From positions 1-50,381 of the forward strand of contig JBMNPP010000001.1 of NCBI GenBank assembly GCA_050943675.1: a stretch of 50,381 nt of DNA. Reading direction: 5' to 3'. Of this stretch, positions 1-9,377 are shown piece after piece (within the stretch, counting starts at the first letter, position 1; the number at the start of each line of letters is the position of its first letter). The translations under genes and the position numbers were made by a program. The notes under the pieces are model-generated. The model had not been told where the DNA came from. It did no database searches and worked only from the letters and a program-made list of their open reading frames with translations. The stretch is from Brooklawnia sp. (GTDB taxonomy: Bacteria; Actinomycetota; Actinomycetes; Propionibacteriales; Propionibacteriaceae).

Positions 1-777
1 GGAATCAGCAGCGTTCTGCGGCGCCAACGCCAGGTGCTGCTCGCCGTTGCTGGACACGACCGCGACGGTGCCGTCCGGGGCAGTCGCCTCGATGGCCGCC
101 AGGTCGAGCAGCAGGCCCTCACCGTATTCGGCACGCATCAGCGCGTTGTACTGCTCGCGTGCAGCGTTGTTGTTGGCCCGACCAATCACTTCCTTGACCC
201 GCCACTTCAGGTCGGTCGCCTCCGTCGTCAGCGGCGCCGTGACGTGCACGAACTGCACCTCGGGGAAATCCCGCTCGAGGTCGGCCAGGGTCTGCCGGTA
301 GGTCTCGAACAGGGCTTCGACGTCGGTTTCGCCGGTGATGTCCAGGTAGCAGAACTTCAGCAGGGCAACGTCCACCTGTTCGGCCAGGCCGTCGCGCAGC
401 CGGGTGTCGAAGTCGGTCAGCTTGCCGAGCGGGTCACCGTTTTCACCGATGTAGGCGTGGGCCAGCACCGGCGCCCCCGGGTCGCCCGGCAGAGCGGCAC
501 CCGCACCAATGTCCACGATCTGAGGCGCGGTCAACTGGGCCGTGCCGTAGACTTCCGGCACGCCGCTGAGCACGTTCTTGCCCACCGACTGGTGGCCGAA
601 GAAGACACGGCGCTCGGCGGCCGCCACCAATTGGTCCTCGGTCGCCGGCGGGTTGTGCAGTGGTTCGTGCACCATCGGGTTGCCCTGCCGTGACGTCAGC
701 CACAGCATGACTCCGGCCCCCAGCCCGGCGACAACCGCCAGTGCGGCCAATCCAGCCACAATCGTCCTTGCTCTCAC
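1..777 (-). CDS. Membrane-anchored SGNH-like 'FFGHQSVG' family protein; 3' end truncated by the window edge
   Basis: Not in the ORF track because its stop lies outside the window. GTG at 777 follows a GGGAGG RBS. N-terminal hydrophobic anchor, then FFGHQSVGKNV, GENGDPLGK, LKFCYLD, LERDFPEVQFVHVTAP and DLAAIEA. The frame is open to position 1 (...QNAADS). Confidence 0.85.
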   Translation of the reverse strand, partial: MRARTIVAGLAALAVVAGLGAGVMLWLTSRQGNPMVHEPLHNPPATEDQLVAAAERRVFFGHQSVGKNVLSGVPEVYGTAQLTAPQIVDIGAGAALPGDPGAPVLAHAYIGENGDPLGKLTDFDTRLRDGLAEQVDVALLKFCYLDITGETDVEALFETYRQTLADLERDFPEVQFVHVTAPLTTEATDLKWRVKEVIGRANNNAAREQYNALMRAEYGEGLLLDLAAIEATAPDGTVAVVSSNGEQHLALAPQNAADS

Positions 778-827
778 TTTCGGGCCTCCCCCCAGAAGCG
801 TTCCGTGCGAAGAGCGTTCCTTCGAGT

Positions 828-2318
828 CTAGACAGCCTCGCTCTGTTGAACCAGAGACCGCAGTTTGGTCTTGGACACTTTCCCGTTGTCGTTCAGTGGC
901 AGGGCATCAACCAGGCGAATGGTCCGTGGCAGCATGTGCTTTGCCAGGTGAGTCCGCAGGTGCGCGGCAATCTCGTCCTCGGTAACCGAGGCCCCGGGCC
1001 GCGGCACCGCAACCAGCACGATGGCCTCCCCCGCGTCCGGGTCGGGGACGCCGACCGCCGCCGCCGCGACCAGGCTGGCCAGCCGCAGCGCAGCGCCCTC
1101 CACCTCCTGGCTGGAGACGCGGTTCCCCCAGGACTTGATGAAGTCGGCCAGCCGGTCGACGATGAAGATGAAGCCGTCGGAGTCGACGACCGCCAGGTCG
1201 CCGGTGCGCAACTGTCCCCCAGCGAACTTCCCCCGCGTGGCCGCATCGTCGTTCAGGTAGCCCGGTGAGATGTTGTCACCGGCAGCGATGATCTCTCCAG
1301 TGACCCCCGGCGGCACCGGCTCACCGTGCTCGTCCACCACGCTCAACTGCACCCCCGGGATTCCCCGACCGATCGAACCGAGCCTGGTGCCCAGCAGTTC
1401 CGGGGGCAGGTACGACAGCCGGGCGGTCGCCTCGGTCTGGCCGTACATCACGAAGACCCGGGCGTGCGGCTGGGCCGCCACCAGCTCTTCGATCAGTACC
1501 GGGGGCAGCTTGCCGCCGGCCTGCTGGAGGTGCCGCAACGAGCCCAGCTGACGGGAAGCGAAGCTGGAAGCGCGCAGCAGCAGTTGGTAGGTGGATGGCA
1601 CCCCGGCCAGCCCCGTGCACTGCTCGCGATCGATCATCTCCAGCGCGGTTTCGGGGAAGGCGAAGGTGTTGCACAGCGCGAGGCTGCCACCGACCCGCAG
1701 GTGGGTGTGCAGCAGCGACGCGCCGAAGCAGTAGAAGAACGGCAGCACCACCAGCATCCGGTCGTCACTGGCCAGCCCCAGGTATTCGACGATGGAGGCC
1801 GTGTTGGCTCGCAGGTTGCGGTTGGTGATACGCACCGCCTTCGGGCTGGCGGTGGTGCCGGAGGTGAACATCAGGGCCGCGTCGTCGTCCAGGCCCACCT
1901 GGAAGGACGGCCAGGGCGCAGCCGGCCCCTCGGTGGCGGCCAGTTCGTTGAGCAGGGGGCGGTCACCGAAGGCAGCGGCCTGGCTGCGTTGGTTACGCCG
2001 GTCCATCAGGACGGCCGCACAACCAGCCCAGTCGGCCAGGCGCCTCACCTCGGCGGGCGGCAGCCTGGTCGAGAACGGCACCGCCACGTAGCGGTGCAGC
2101 GCGGCCAGGTAGGCGGCGACCCAGAATGCCGAGTTCTCGGCGAGGATCGCCACCCGCGAACCCGGGGCGACGCCATGGGCGTCCAACCCGGCCAACAGGC
2201 GGGCGACGTCTTCGCGCAGTTCACGGTAGGTGACGACCCGCTTCGGCTCGACGATCGCGACCGCATCCGGTGCCCCGGCCGCCAGCAGGTGGTCGGTAGT
2301 GGATTCAAGTCGAATCAT
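828..2318 (-). CDS. AMP-dependent acyl-CoA synthetase / adenylation enzyme (ANL superfamily)
   Basis: MFTSGTTASPK P-loop, YGQTEA, LRTGDL and NGKV motifs. Confidence 0.92.
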   Translation of the reverse strand: MIRLESTTDHLLAAGAPDAVAIVEPKRVVTYRELREDVARLLAGLDAHGVAPGSRVAILAENSAFWVAAYLAALHRYVAVPFSTRLPPAEVRRLADWAGCAAVLMDRRNQRSQAAAFGDRPLLNELAATEGPAAPWPSFQVGLDDDAALMFTSGTTASPKAVRITNRNLRANTASIVEYLGLASDDRMLVVLPFFYCFGASLLHTHLRVGGSLALCNTFAFPETALEMIDREQCTGLAGVPSTYQLLLRASSFASRQLGSLRHLQQAGGKLPPVLIEELVAAQPHARVFVMYGQTEATARLSYLPPELLGTRLGSIGRGIPGVQLSVVDEHGEPVPPGVTGEIIAAGDNISPGYLNDDAATRGKFAGGQLRTGDLAVVDSDGFIFIVDRLADFIKSWGNRVSSQEVEGAALRLASLVAAAAVGVPDPDAGEAIVLVAVPRPGASVTEDEIAAHLRTHLAKHMLPRTIRLVDALPLNDNGKVSKTKLRSLVQQSEAV

Positions 2319-2447
2319 CGTCCCCCCAAAGTCGTGCCGCGGTACCCCTATGGGTTACTTGTCAGGGGCACACCCAAACTCGACCCAATAGAGCCATGAT
2401 AAGTAGGTACGCTCCGATAAGCATGCCCCTGTCGTCTGGGAGGACAA

Positions 2448-2717
2448 ATGGAAGAGCAGGTCCGCACTCAGATCCTCGATTTCGTCATCGAGAACTTCCT
2501 GTTCGGTGATGCCTCGGCTGCGCCCAGCGACGATGAATCGCTGCTGGAAAGCGGAATCCTTGATTCCACCGGAATCCTGGAATTGATCCAATTCCTCGAA
2601 TCCGAATTCGGCATTGAGGTGGCAGACCAGGATACCGTTCCCGAGAACCTGGGGTCGGTGGCGAACCTCACGCGTTACGTCGGGGCGCGGAGTTCGAGTG
2701 TCCAGTCGACTGCCTGA
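2448..2717 (+). CDS. Acyl carrier protein
   Basis: Acidic 89-aa protein with GILDSTG phosphopantetheine site; GGAGG RBS. Confidence 0.92.
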   Translation: MEEQVRTQILDFVIENFLFGDASAAPSDDESLLESGILDSTGILELIQFLESEFGIEVADQDTVPENLGSVANLTRYVGARSSSVQSTA

Positions 2718-2931
2718 CGCGAGGCGCCAGCCCGAACTCGTCGACCAGGTGCTCGACGAGTTCTACGCCCTGCCGCAGGCCTCCGGCGAGGCGGTGCTGG
2801 ACGCAGTCCTGACCGCCATCTTCGTCGAGGACGCCTTCGGTGTGACGCTCCCGGACGCCGAAATCACCCCGGCGCACCTGTCCGACCGGGCCACGGTGCG
2901 CGCCACCGTGCTGCGACACCTGGCAAGCTGA
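2698..2931 (+). CDS. Small ACP-like protein lacking the conserved Ser (77 aa)
   Basis: GTG at 2698 after GGAG. VLDAVLTAIFVEDAFGVTLPDAEITP aligns by eye to ACP helices II-III. Its TGA overlaps the asnB ATG. Confidence 0.6.
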   Translation: MSSRLPDARRQPELVDQVLDEFYALPQASGEAVLDAVLTAIFVEDAFGVTLPDAEITPAHLSDRATVRATVLRHLAS

Positions 2932-4922
2932 TGTGCGGCATCTGCGGCGTCTTCACCGGCGGCCCACCCGCCGATGTCGACCTGCTGCTGCGGATGATCG
3001 GGCGCCTGAAGCACCGCGGACCCGACGGCAGCGGCTACCTGCGCGACCTGGGCGTCGGACTCGGCCACGCCCGGCTGGCCATCATCGACACCGCGGGCGG
3101 TGCGCAGCCACTGTCCAATGAGGACGGCAGCCTGTGGGTCAGCTTCAACGGGGAGATTTTCAACTACCTCGAACTGCGTGAGGAACTGCTCGCCCACGGC
3201 CACCACTTCATCACCGCCAGCGACACCGAGGTCATCGTGCACGCCTGGGAGCAGTGGGGCGCCCAGGCATTCAATCGCTTCAACGGGCAGTGGGCGCTGG
3301 CGCTGTGGGACCGCACCCGGCAGCAGTTGGTCCTGTCGCGGGACCGGCTGGGCGTCAGGCCGCTCTACTACGTGCGCGACGGTGACCGAATGGTTTTCGC
3401 CTCGGAAGTCAAGGCACTGTTCGCCGACCCGGCGATCCGGCGCGAACTCGACCCCGTGGGCCTGGACCAGACGTTCACCTACTGGTCGACCGTGGCACCC
3501 CGCACCCCGTTCGCCGGCGTCCAGCAGCTCGAGCCCGGGCACGTCGCAATCGTGGACGCCGCCGGGTTCCGCAGCCACCCCTATTGGCAGATCGACTTCC
3601 CACCCCGCGGCGAGGAACCCGGTCAGGACGTCCACGCCAACGCCGAGGCATTGCGGGAACGGCTGGTGGAGGCATCCCGGCTGCGGTTCGTGCGCAGCGA
3701 TGTGCCGGTCGGGGCCTACCTGTCCGGCGGTATCGATTCGTCTGTGACCGCTGCAGTGGTGGCCCGCTACACCGACGCTCCGCTGGACACCTTCTCGCTG
3801 CGGTTCGCTGACCAGGAGTTCGACGAGGGCGGCTACCAGCAATTGATGTCGAAACGGTTGGGCACCCGCCACCACAACGTGGTGGTCTCGCCGCGGGATA
3901 TCGCCGAGGTCTTCCCCGAGGTCGTCCGGCACGCCGAGGCCCCCCTGCTGCGGGCCGCCCCGGCCCCGCTCTACCTGCTGTCCCGGCTGGTGCGCGCCAG
4001 CGGCTACCGGGTGGTGGTGACAGGTGAGGGTGCCGACGAAGTTCTCGGTGGCTACGACATCTACCGCGAGGCCCGGGTCCGGGAGTTCTGGACCCGAGAC
4101 CCGTCCTCGGCGATCCGCGGCCGCGCCGCCGAACTGCTGTACCCGTGGATGGTCCGCTCACCGGGCAGGGCACCGGCCTTCGCCCGTGGCTTCTTCGGCC
4201 AGCAGCTGGACGCCAACGACCCCGCCCTGTCACACCGGCCACGCTGGCAATCCACCGCCGCACTCAAGTCACTGTTGACCCAGGACGCCCGGGTGGCCTC
4301 CGCCGGGAGTGGGGCGCCCGATGACCTGCTCGCCCGGATGCCCGCCCATAGCGCTGGCTGGGACACACTTGGTCGGGCCCAGTGGCTCGAGATGACCACC
4401 CTGTTGCCCGGCTACATCCTGTCTTCACAGGGTGACCGGATGCTGATGGCCAACTCGGTCGAGGGCCGCTTCCCATTCCTGGACCACACCGTGGTGGAAT
4501 TCGCCAACGCGCTACCGGCCCGGCACAAACTGCTCGGGCTGGAGGAAAAGTACCTGTTGAAGCGGGCCTTCGCCGACGTGCTGCCCGCCGAGATCGTGCA
4601 GCGTCCCAAGCAGCCCTACCGCGCCCCGGACGCCGCCAGCTTCTGCGCACCCCAGGCCCCCGACTGGGTCGCCGACCTGACCGGACCGACCGCTGTGGCC
4701 TCGGTCGGGTTGTTCGAACCACGCCTGGTGCACGGCCTGTTCACCAAGGCCCGGCGCAACGCGGGCCGCGACCTGGGCAATACCGACAACATGCGGGTGC
4801 TTGCGGTGCTGTCCACCCAACTGCTGCACCACCTGTTCATCGACGGTGACGGCGGGGAGGACACCGATTCACCCGCCCAGCCGCTGACAGCCATCGACCT
4901 GACCAGGGAAGGAACCTCATGA
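2931..4922 (+). CDS. asnB: Asparagine synthase (glutamine-hydrolysing) family amidotransferase
   Basis: N-terminal MCGICG Ntn nucleophile, HRGPD, NGEIFN, YLSGGIDSS, TGEGADE, EGRFPFLD. Confidence 0.93.
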   Translation: MCGICGVFTGGPPADVDLLLRMIGRLKHRGPDGSGYLRDLGVGLGHARLAIIDTAGGAQPLSNEDGSLWVSFNGEIFNYLELREELLAHGHHFITASDTEVIVHAWEQWGAQAFNRFNGQWALALWDRTRQQLVLSRDRLGVRPLYYVRDGDRMVFASEVKALFADPAIRRELDPVGLDQTFTYWSTVAPRTPFAGVQQLEPGHVAIVDAAGFRSHPYWQIDFPPRGEEPGQDVHANAEALRERLVEASRLRFVRSDVPVGAYLSGGIDSSVTAAVVARYTDAPLDTFSLRFADQEFDEGGYQQLMSKRLGTRHHNVVVSPRDIAEVFPEVVRHAEAPLLRAAPAPLYLLSRLVRASGYRVVVTGEGADEVLGGYDIYREARVREFWTRDPSSAIRGRAAELLYPWMVRSPGRAPAFARGFFGQQLDANDPALSHRPRWQSTAALKSLLTQDARVASAGSGAPDDLLARMPAHSAGWDTLGRAQWLEMTTLLPGYILSSQGDRMLMANSVEGRFPFLDHTVVEFANALPARHKLLGLEEKYLLKRAFADVLPAEIVQRPKQPYRAPDAASFCAPQAPDWVADLTGPTAVASVGLFEPRLVHGLFTKARRNAGRDLGNTDNMRVLAVLSTQLLHHLFIDGDGGEDTDSPAQPLTAIDLTREGTS

Positions 4923-5923
4923 CCGCGACCCAACCGGCCTTCAGCGCCGCAACCCTACAGTTGGACGCCGAGCAGGAGACCGCGCAGATCACCGCGTCCC
5001 TGACCGGTTACCTTGCCCGGACGCGACGCCGGGGAGCTGTGGTCGCCCTGTCGGGCGGGATCGATTCGAGCGTGGTCGCCGCGCTCTGTGTGCGGGCGCT
5101 CGGCCCGGAGCGGGTCTTCGGGCTGCACATGCCCGAGAAGGAATCCTCCGACGACACCCTCGACTTCAGTCGGCAGGTGTCGGACACACTAGGTATCGAT
5201 TCGGTGCTTGAGGAGATCTCGCCGATCCTGGAGGCGGCCGGCTGCTACCGGCGGCGCGACGACTCGATCCGGTTGGTGGTGCCCGAATACGGGACGGGTT
5301 ACCGGTCGAAGATAGTGCTGCCCAGCGTGGTTGATTCGGATTCGTTCCGACTGTACTCGGTGGTGGTCGAACGCCCGGACGGCACCGTCACCAGACACCG
5401 GCTGACCCCCGAGGCCTATCTGGGCATCGTGGCGGCCACCAACTTCAAGCAGCGGGTGCGCAAGATGCTGGAATACCACCACGCCGACCGCCTCAACTAC
5501 ATCGTTACCGGGACACCGAACCGGCTCGAATACGACCAGGGCTTCTTCGTGAAGCTGGGCGACGGCGCCGCCGACGTGAAACCGATCGCCCACCTGTACA
5601 AGTCGCAGGTGTACCAGTTGGCCGAATACCTCGGGGTACCGGCGGACGTGCGGAACCGGCCGTCCACCACCGACACCTACTCGATGCCGCAGTCGCAGGA
5701 AGAGTTCTACTTCTCGCTGCCGCACCAGCGGATGGACCTGTGCCTGTACGGCAAGAACAACGACCTACCCATCGAACAGGTCGCTGAAGCCGCTGGGCTG
5801 ACGATCGAGCAGGTGCAGCGGGTCTACCGCGACATTGACCAGAAGCGGTCGACCACCCGCTACCTGCACCTGCCACCGGTGCTTGCGGCCGAGGTGACAG
5901 AAATCAGCCACGACCTCGGATGA
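4919..5923 (+). CDS. nadE: NH3-dependent NAD+ synthetase-like amidoligase
   Basis: LSGGIDSS PP-loop, NFKQRVR, GTPNRLE, GFFVKLGDG, PIAHLYKSQV. No glutaminase domain. ATGA overlap with asnB. Confidence 0.85.
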   Translation: MTATQPAFSAATLQLDAEQETAQITASLTGYLARTRRRGAVVALSGGIDSSVVAALCVRALGPERVFGLHMPEKESSDDTLDFSRQVSDTLGIDSVLEEISPILEAAGCYRRRDDSIRLVVPEYGTGYRSKIVLPSVVDSDSFRLYSVVVERPDGTVTRHRLTPEAYLGIVAATNFKQRVRKMLEYHHADRLNYIVTGTPNRLEYDQGFFVKLGDGAADVKPIAHLYKSQVYQLAEYLGVPADVRNRPSTTDTYSMPQSQEEFYFSLPHQRMDLCLYGKNNDLPIEQVAEAAGLTIEQVQRVYRDIDQKRSTTRYLHLPPVLAAEVTEISHDLG

Positions 5924-5927
5924 TGCG

Positions 5928-7349
5928 GTGAACCAGCCCGGGCCAGCCAGTATCCTGCGGGGCGGGTCGGTGCTGGCTGCCGGAACACTGATCGAGCGGC
6001 TGGCCAGGTTCGGCCGCAATATGGTCCTGACCAGGATCATCGCGCCCGACCAGTTCGGCCTGATGGCCATCGTGCTGGCCACCATCGGGCTGTTCGAGGC
6101 GATCACCGAGGTCGGGGTCAGCCAGGCAGTGATCCAGAACAAGCGGGGGCATCTGCCCGAATTCCTCAACGTCGCCTGGTGGATCAACACGATACGTGGC
6201 CTGGCGATCTTCGCCATCGCGGCACCGTTGAGCCCGCTGATCGCCGACTTCTACTACGACGAGCAGACGCTGACACCGATCCTGATCGTTGCCTTCAGTT
6301 CGTTGATCTTCTCCGGGATGACCAGCCCCAAGGTGTACTCGCTGCAACGGCAGTTCCGGTTCGGCAAGTGGGTGGCGATCACCCAGGGCGCGGGCCTGCT
6401 GGGCACCGTGTTGACCCTGGTGCTCGGTCTGGCCTGGCAGAACGTCTGGGCGCTGGTCATCGGCACGGTCTTCGAGGCGTTCATGCGGTTCGTGCTGTCG
6501 TTCATCCTGTGCCCCATCAGGCCCTCCTTCCACATCGACAGGCAGTCACGTAATGACCTGTTCGCCTTCATGAAGGGCATGTTCGGGCTGGCGTTCATGA
6601 CCTTCCTGGTCTCGCAGGCCGACATCTTCGTGCTCGGCAGGGTGGTCAGCACCAGCCTGCTGGGGCTGTACGCGATGGCCGTGACGCTGGCGATGTTCCC
6701 GCAGTCCCTGTTCGCCAAGATCGTCCAGCCACTGGTGGTGCCGATCCTGGCCGCCTTCCAGGATTCCGCGCCCCAGATGCGTACTGCCTACCTGCGGCTG
6801 GAGCGGCTGGTCTGGCTGTTCGGCTTGCCGATGGCCGCCATGATGACGGTGGCTGCCGGGCCGCTGCTCACCGTGGTCTACGGGCGCCCCTACGCGGCCG
6901 TCGCGGTGCCGTTCGGAATCATCGCGATCTACTCGGTGGTCTACATGGCCTCGATGGTCAGTTTCTCGGTCTACCTCGCGATGGCCCGCCCCGAACTGCA
7001 GCGCAGTTTCACCCTGTTACGAGGCGGGCTGCTGGTGGCCGCCATCTATCCGCTGGCGCTGGGGTTCGGCCCGGCAGGTGCCGCGACGGCGATGCTCGGT
7101 GCCCTGGTGCTGGCGATGCTGCTGCAGATCCACAACCTCAGGCGGCTCATCGGCCTGGGCTATGTCGAATACCTGCGCACCCTGCGGGCCGGGATTGTGG
7201 CGGGGCTGGTGACCGCCGCGCTGACCTGGCTGGTGGGGCTGCTGGACGTCCACGTGCTGGCCAGCGCGGGGTTGGCTGCCTTCGCGCTGCTGGCGGTTTG
7301 GGGGTTCCTGGTCTTCCGGGAGCGGGCTGAATTTCGGAACCTCCGTTGA
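5928..7349 (+). CDS. wzx: Polysaccharide flippase (Wzx/WzxC-like, MOP superfamily)
   Basis: Multi-TM protein with LTRIIAPDQFGL, ADIFVLGR and LLGLYAMA motifs. Confidence 0.88.
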   Translation: MNQPGPASILRGGSVLAAGTLIERLARFGRNMVLTRIIAPDQFGLMAIVLATIGLFEAITEVGVSQAVIQNKRGHLPEFLNVAWWINTIRGLAIFAIAAPLSPLIADFYYDEQTLTPILIVAFSSLIFSGMTSPKVYSLQRQFRFGKWVAITQGAGLLGTVLTLVLGLAWQNVWALVIGTVFEAFMRFVLSFILCPIRPSFHIDRQSRNDLFAFMKGMFGLAFMTFLVSQADIFVLGRVVSTSLLGLYAMAVTLAMFPQSLFAKIVQPLVVPILAAFQDSAPQMRTAYLRLERLVWLFGLPMAAMMTVAAGPLLTVVYGRPYAAVAVPFGIIAIYSVVYMASMVSFSVYLAMARPELQRSFTLLRGGLLVAAIYPLALGFGPAGAATAMLGALVLAMLLQIHNLRRLIGLGYVEYLRTLRAGIVAGLVTAALTWLVGLLDVHVLASAGLAAFALLAVWGFLVFRERAEFRNLR

Positions 7350-7410
7350 CCGGCGCACCGCCAGGGGCGATGATCGGGACACGACTGATCCCGAAGCGGC
7401 TGGAGCTGCC

Positions 7411-8646
7411 ATGACGCGTCCACATCCAATCGATCGAGTGCTCAGTGGTGGGTTGTGCCTGGGTTGCGGCGGCTGCGCCTTCGTCGGTGCCGCCCACGGG
7501 GTGAAGATGGTCGACTACCCGCACGTAGGGTTGCGGCCCACCTGGACTGGTGAGGTACCCACCGCCGTCAAGGACGAGATGATCGCCATCTGCCCGGGAG
7601 CCGCGATTGAGGCACCGGCAGCCGCGCTGCCCAGACCGACCGATCCAGACGAGATAGTGGTCGGCCCCACCAAACAGATCTGGGAGGGCTGGGCCGCTGA
7701 CCCCAAGGTGCGCCGGGCCGCCTCATCGGGCGGGGCAGTGACGGCACTGGCCGCCTATGCGGTTGAACAACTGGGCATGGCGCTGGTCTTGCACATCGGG
7801 ATGGATCCGCTGCAGCCGTGGCTCAACCGCAACATCATCAGCGATAGCCTGGCCGGGCTCACCGATAACGCCGGCTCGCGGTACGCACCATCCTCGCCGG
7901 TCGAGGCACTCAAGGTGATCGAGGAAAGCGACCGGCCCTGCGTCTTCATCGGCAAACCCTGCGATGCTGCGGCGGTGGCCAGGCTGCGCAGGACCCGGCC
8001 CGCGCTCGACCGCAACCTCGGCCTGGTGCTGAGCTTCTTCTGCGCGGGGACGCCGAACACCGACGCCACCCTGAAACTTGCCGGTTCACTGGGCTTTGAG
8101 GACTCCGCGGCCATCACCAGCCTGCGTTACCGGGGGGACGGCTGGCCGGGCGAGTTCCGGGTGCGGGACCGATCGGGCCGACAGGCCGAGCTCAGCTACG
8201 CCGAGTCCTGGGGGACGCTGGCCAGCCGGCACCGCCAACTGCGGTGCCACCTGTGCCCCGACGGCCTGGGTGAACTCGCCGACGTCACCGGCGGGGATGC
8301 CTGGCACCGGCAGGCCGAGGGCACCGACGGCATCTCGCTGATCCTGGCCCGCACCGAACTGGGCCGCCGCACCGTCGAGGGGGCCATCGCTGCCGGTTAC
8401 CTGGCTGCCTCCCCCAGCGACGTCCACAAGGTGGTCAAGGCGCAGGGCCTGGTGAATCGTCGCCGGCAGGTGGCGATCCGGATGGCCGCGCTGCGCCTGT
8501 TCGGACGTCCCGTTCCCCGCTTCGCGGGCTTCCACCTGGCAGCGGCCACCGCCCAGTTGTCGCCCCGCCAGGTCGTCCGCGAGTTCGCAGGTATGGTTAA
8601 ACGAATAGTGACCAGGGGCTACCTGCGGGCAGAACTTCGGAACTAG
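7411..8646 (+). CDS. Coenzyme F420 hydrogenase/dehydrogenase beta-subunit (FrhB)-like Fe-S flavoprotein
   Basis: CLGCGGC...CP ferredoxin motif, SSGGAVTA, GSRY, IGKPCD, FCAGTP, YRGDGWPG, RCHLCPD, ADVTGGDAW. Confidence 0.88.
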   Translation: MTRPHPIDRVLSGGLCLGCGGCAFVGAAHGVKMVDYPHVGLRPTWTGEVPTAVKDEMIAICPGAAIEAPAAALPRPTDPDEIVVGPTKQIWEGWAADPKVRRAASSGGAVTALAAYAVEQLGMALVLHIGMDPLQPWLNRNIISDSLAGLTDNAGSRYAPSSPVEALKVIEESDRPCVFIGKPCDAAAVARLRRTRPALDRNLGLVLSFFCAGTPNTDATLKLAGSLGFEDSAAITSLRYRGDGWPGEFRVRDRSGRQAELSYAESWGTLASRHRQLRCHLCPDGLGELADVTGGDAWHRQAEGTDGISLILARTELGRRTVEGAIAAGYLAASPSDVHKVVKAQGLVNRRRQVAIRMAALRLFGRPVPRFAGFHLAAATAQLSPRQVVREFAGMVKRIVTRGYLRAELRN

Positions 8647-8655
8647 GGGGATGAC

Positions 8656-9315
8656 ATGGATGTCAGCGGTGTTGCACTCAGGCTCTACGCTCAGAACCGG
8701 GGAATCGCTCGGCGCGCTGCCCTCAAGCTCGTGATCAAGGCAGAGGGGGGCGAGTTCCGCTCGCCCACCCTGCGCGAGATCTTCCGCCGCTTCCACGGCG
8801 TGGACGTCGGGCTCTACACCCATGGCGGCTGTTTCGTGCCGCACCAGTTCGGCCCCAACACCACCATCGGGCGCTACTCGTCCATCGCCCGGACGGCTTT
8901 CGCGGCAACCCTCAACCACCCGATGGACCGCAAGTCAATGCACGGCTACTTCTTCAACCCTGGCCTGGGGTATGTCGGCGAAGAGCGCGAGTACGCCCCG
9001 CTGAGCATCGGCAACGACGTGTGGATGGGCCACAACTCGATCGTCCAGCCGGGCGTCAGCACCATCGGGGACGGGGCGGTGATCGGCGCCGGGGCTGTGG
9101 TCTCAAAGGATGTGCCGCCGTATGCAGTCGTGGTCGGCAACCCGGGCCGGGTTGTTCGGCTGCGCTTCTCACCGCAGACCATCGAGGAGTTGCTGGCAGA
9201 GAAGTGGTGGGACAAGGACATCTCCGAACTCGAACGGGACATCACCGAATACACCGGGGTGTTCGAGGGCGAGGGTGCAACCGCGGCCACCCCAACCCGG
9301 CACCACGGACCCTAG
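8656..9315 (+). CDS. Hexapeptide-repeat (CatB/Vat-like) O-acetyltransferase
   Basis: [47 protein letters not shown]. Confidence 0.9.
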   Translation: MDVSGVALRLYAQNRGIARRAALKLVIKAEGGEFRSPTLREIFRRFHGVDVGLYTHGGCFVPHQFGPNTTIGRYSSIARTAFAATLNHPMDRKSMHGYFFNPGLGYVGEEREYAPLSIGNDVWMGHNSIVQPGVSTIGDGAVIGAGAVVSKDVPPYAVVVGNPGRVVRLRFSPQTIEELLAEKWWDKDISELERDITEYTGVFEGEGATAATPTRHHGP

Positions 9316-9377
9316 TCCAATAGCCGCCTGACAACTTAAGGTGTGACCAAAGCGCAGCTTGAGGGGGGGAGCCTGAA

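Noticed and set aside
828-5923. Stand-alone NRPS/PKS or lasso-peptide cluster
   Set aside because: No condensation, ketosynthase, thioesterase, precursor peptide or B protein is seen. The genes run directly into wzx and glycosyltransferases.
7411-8646. F420-reducing hydrogenase / methanogen-type metabolism
   Set aside because: No NiFe large or small subunit or maturation genes. The context is a polysaccharide operon.
8656-9315. Chloramphenicol or streptogramin resistance gene (catB/vat)
   Set aside because: The fold is shared with sugar O-acetyltransferases and the gene is embedded in the glycan operon.
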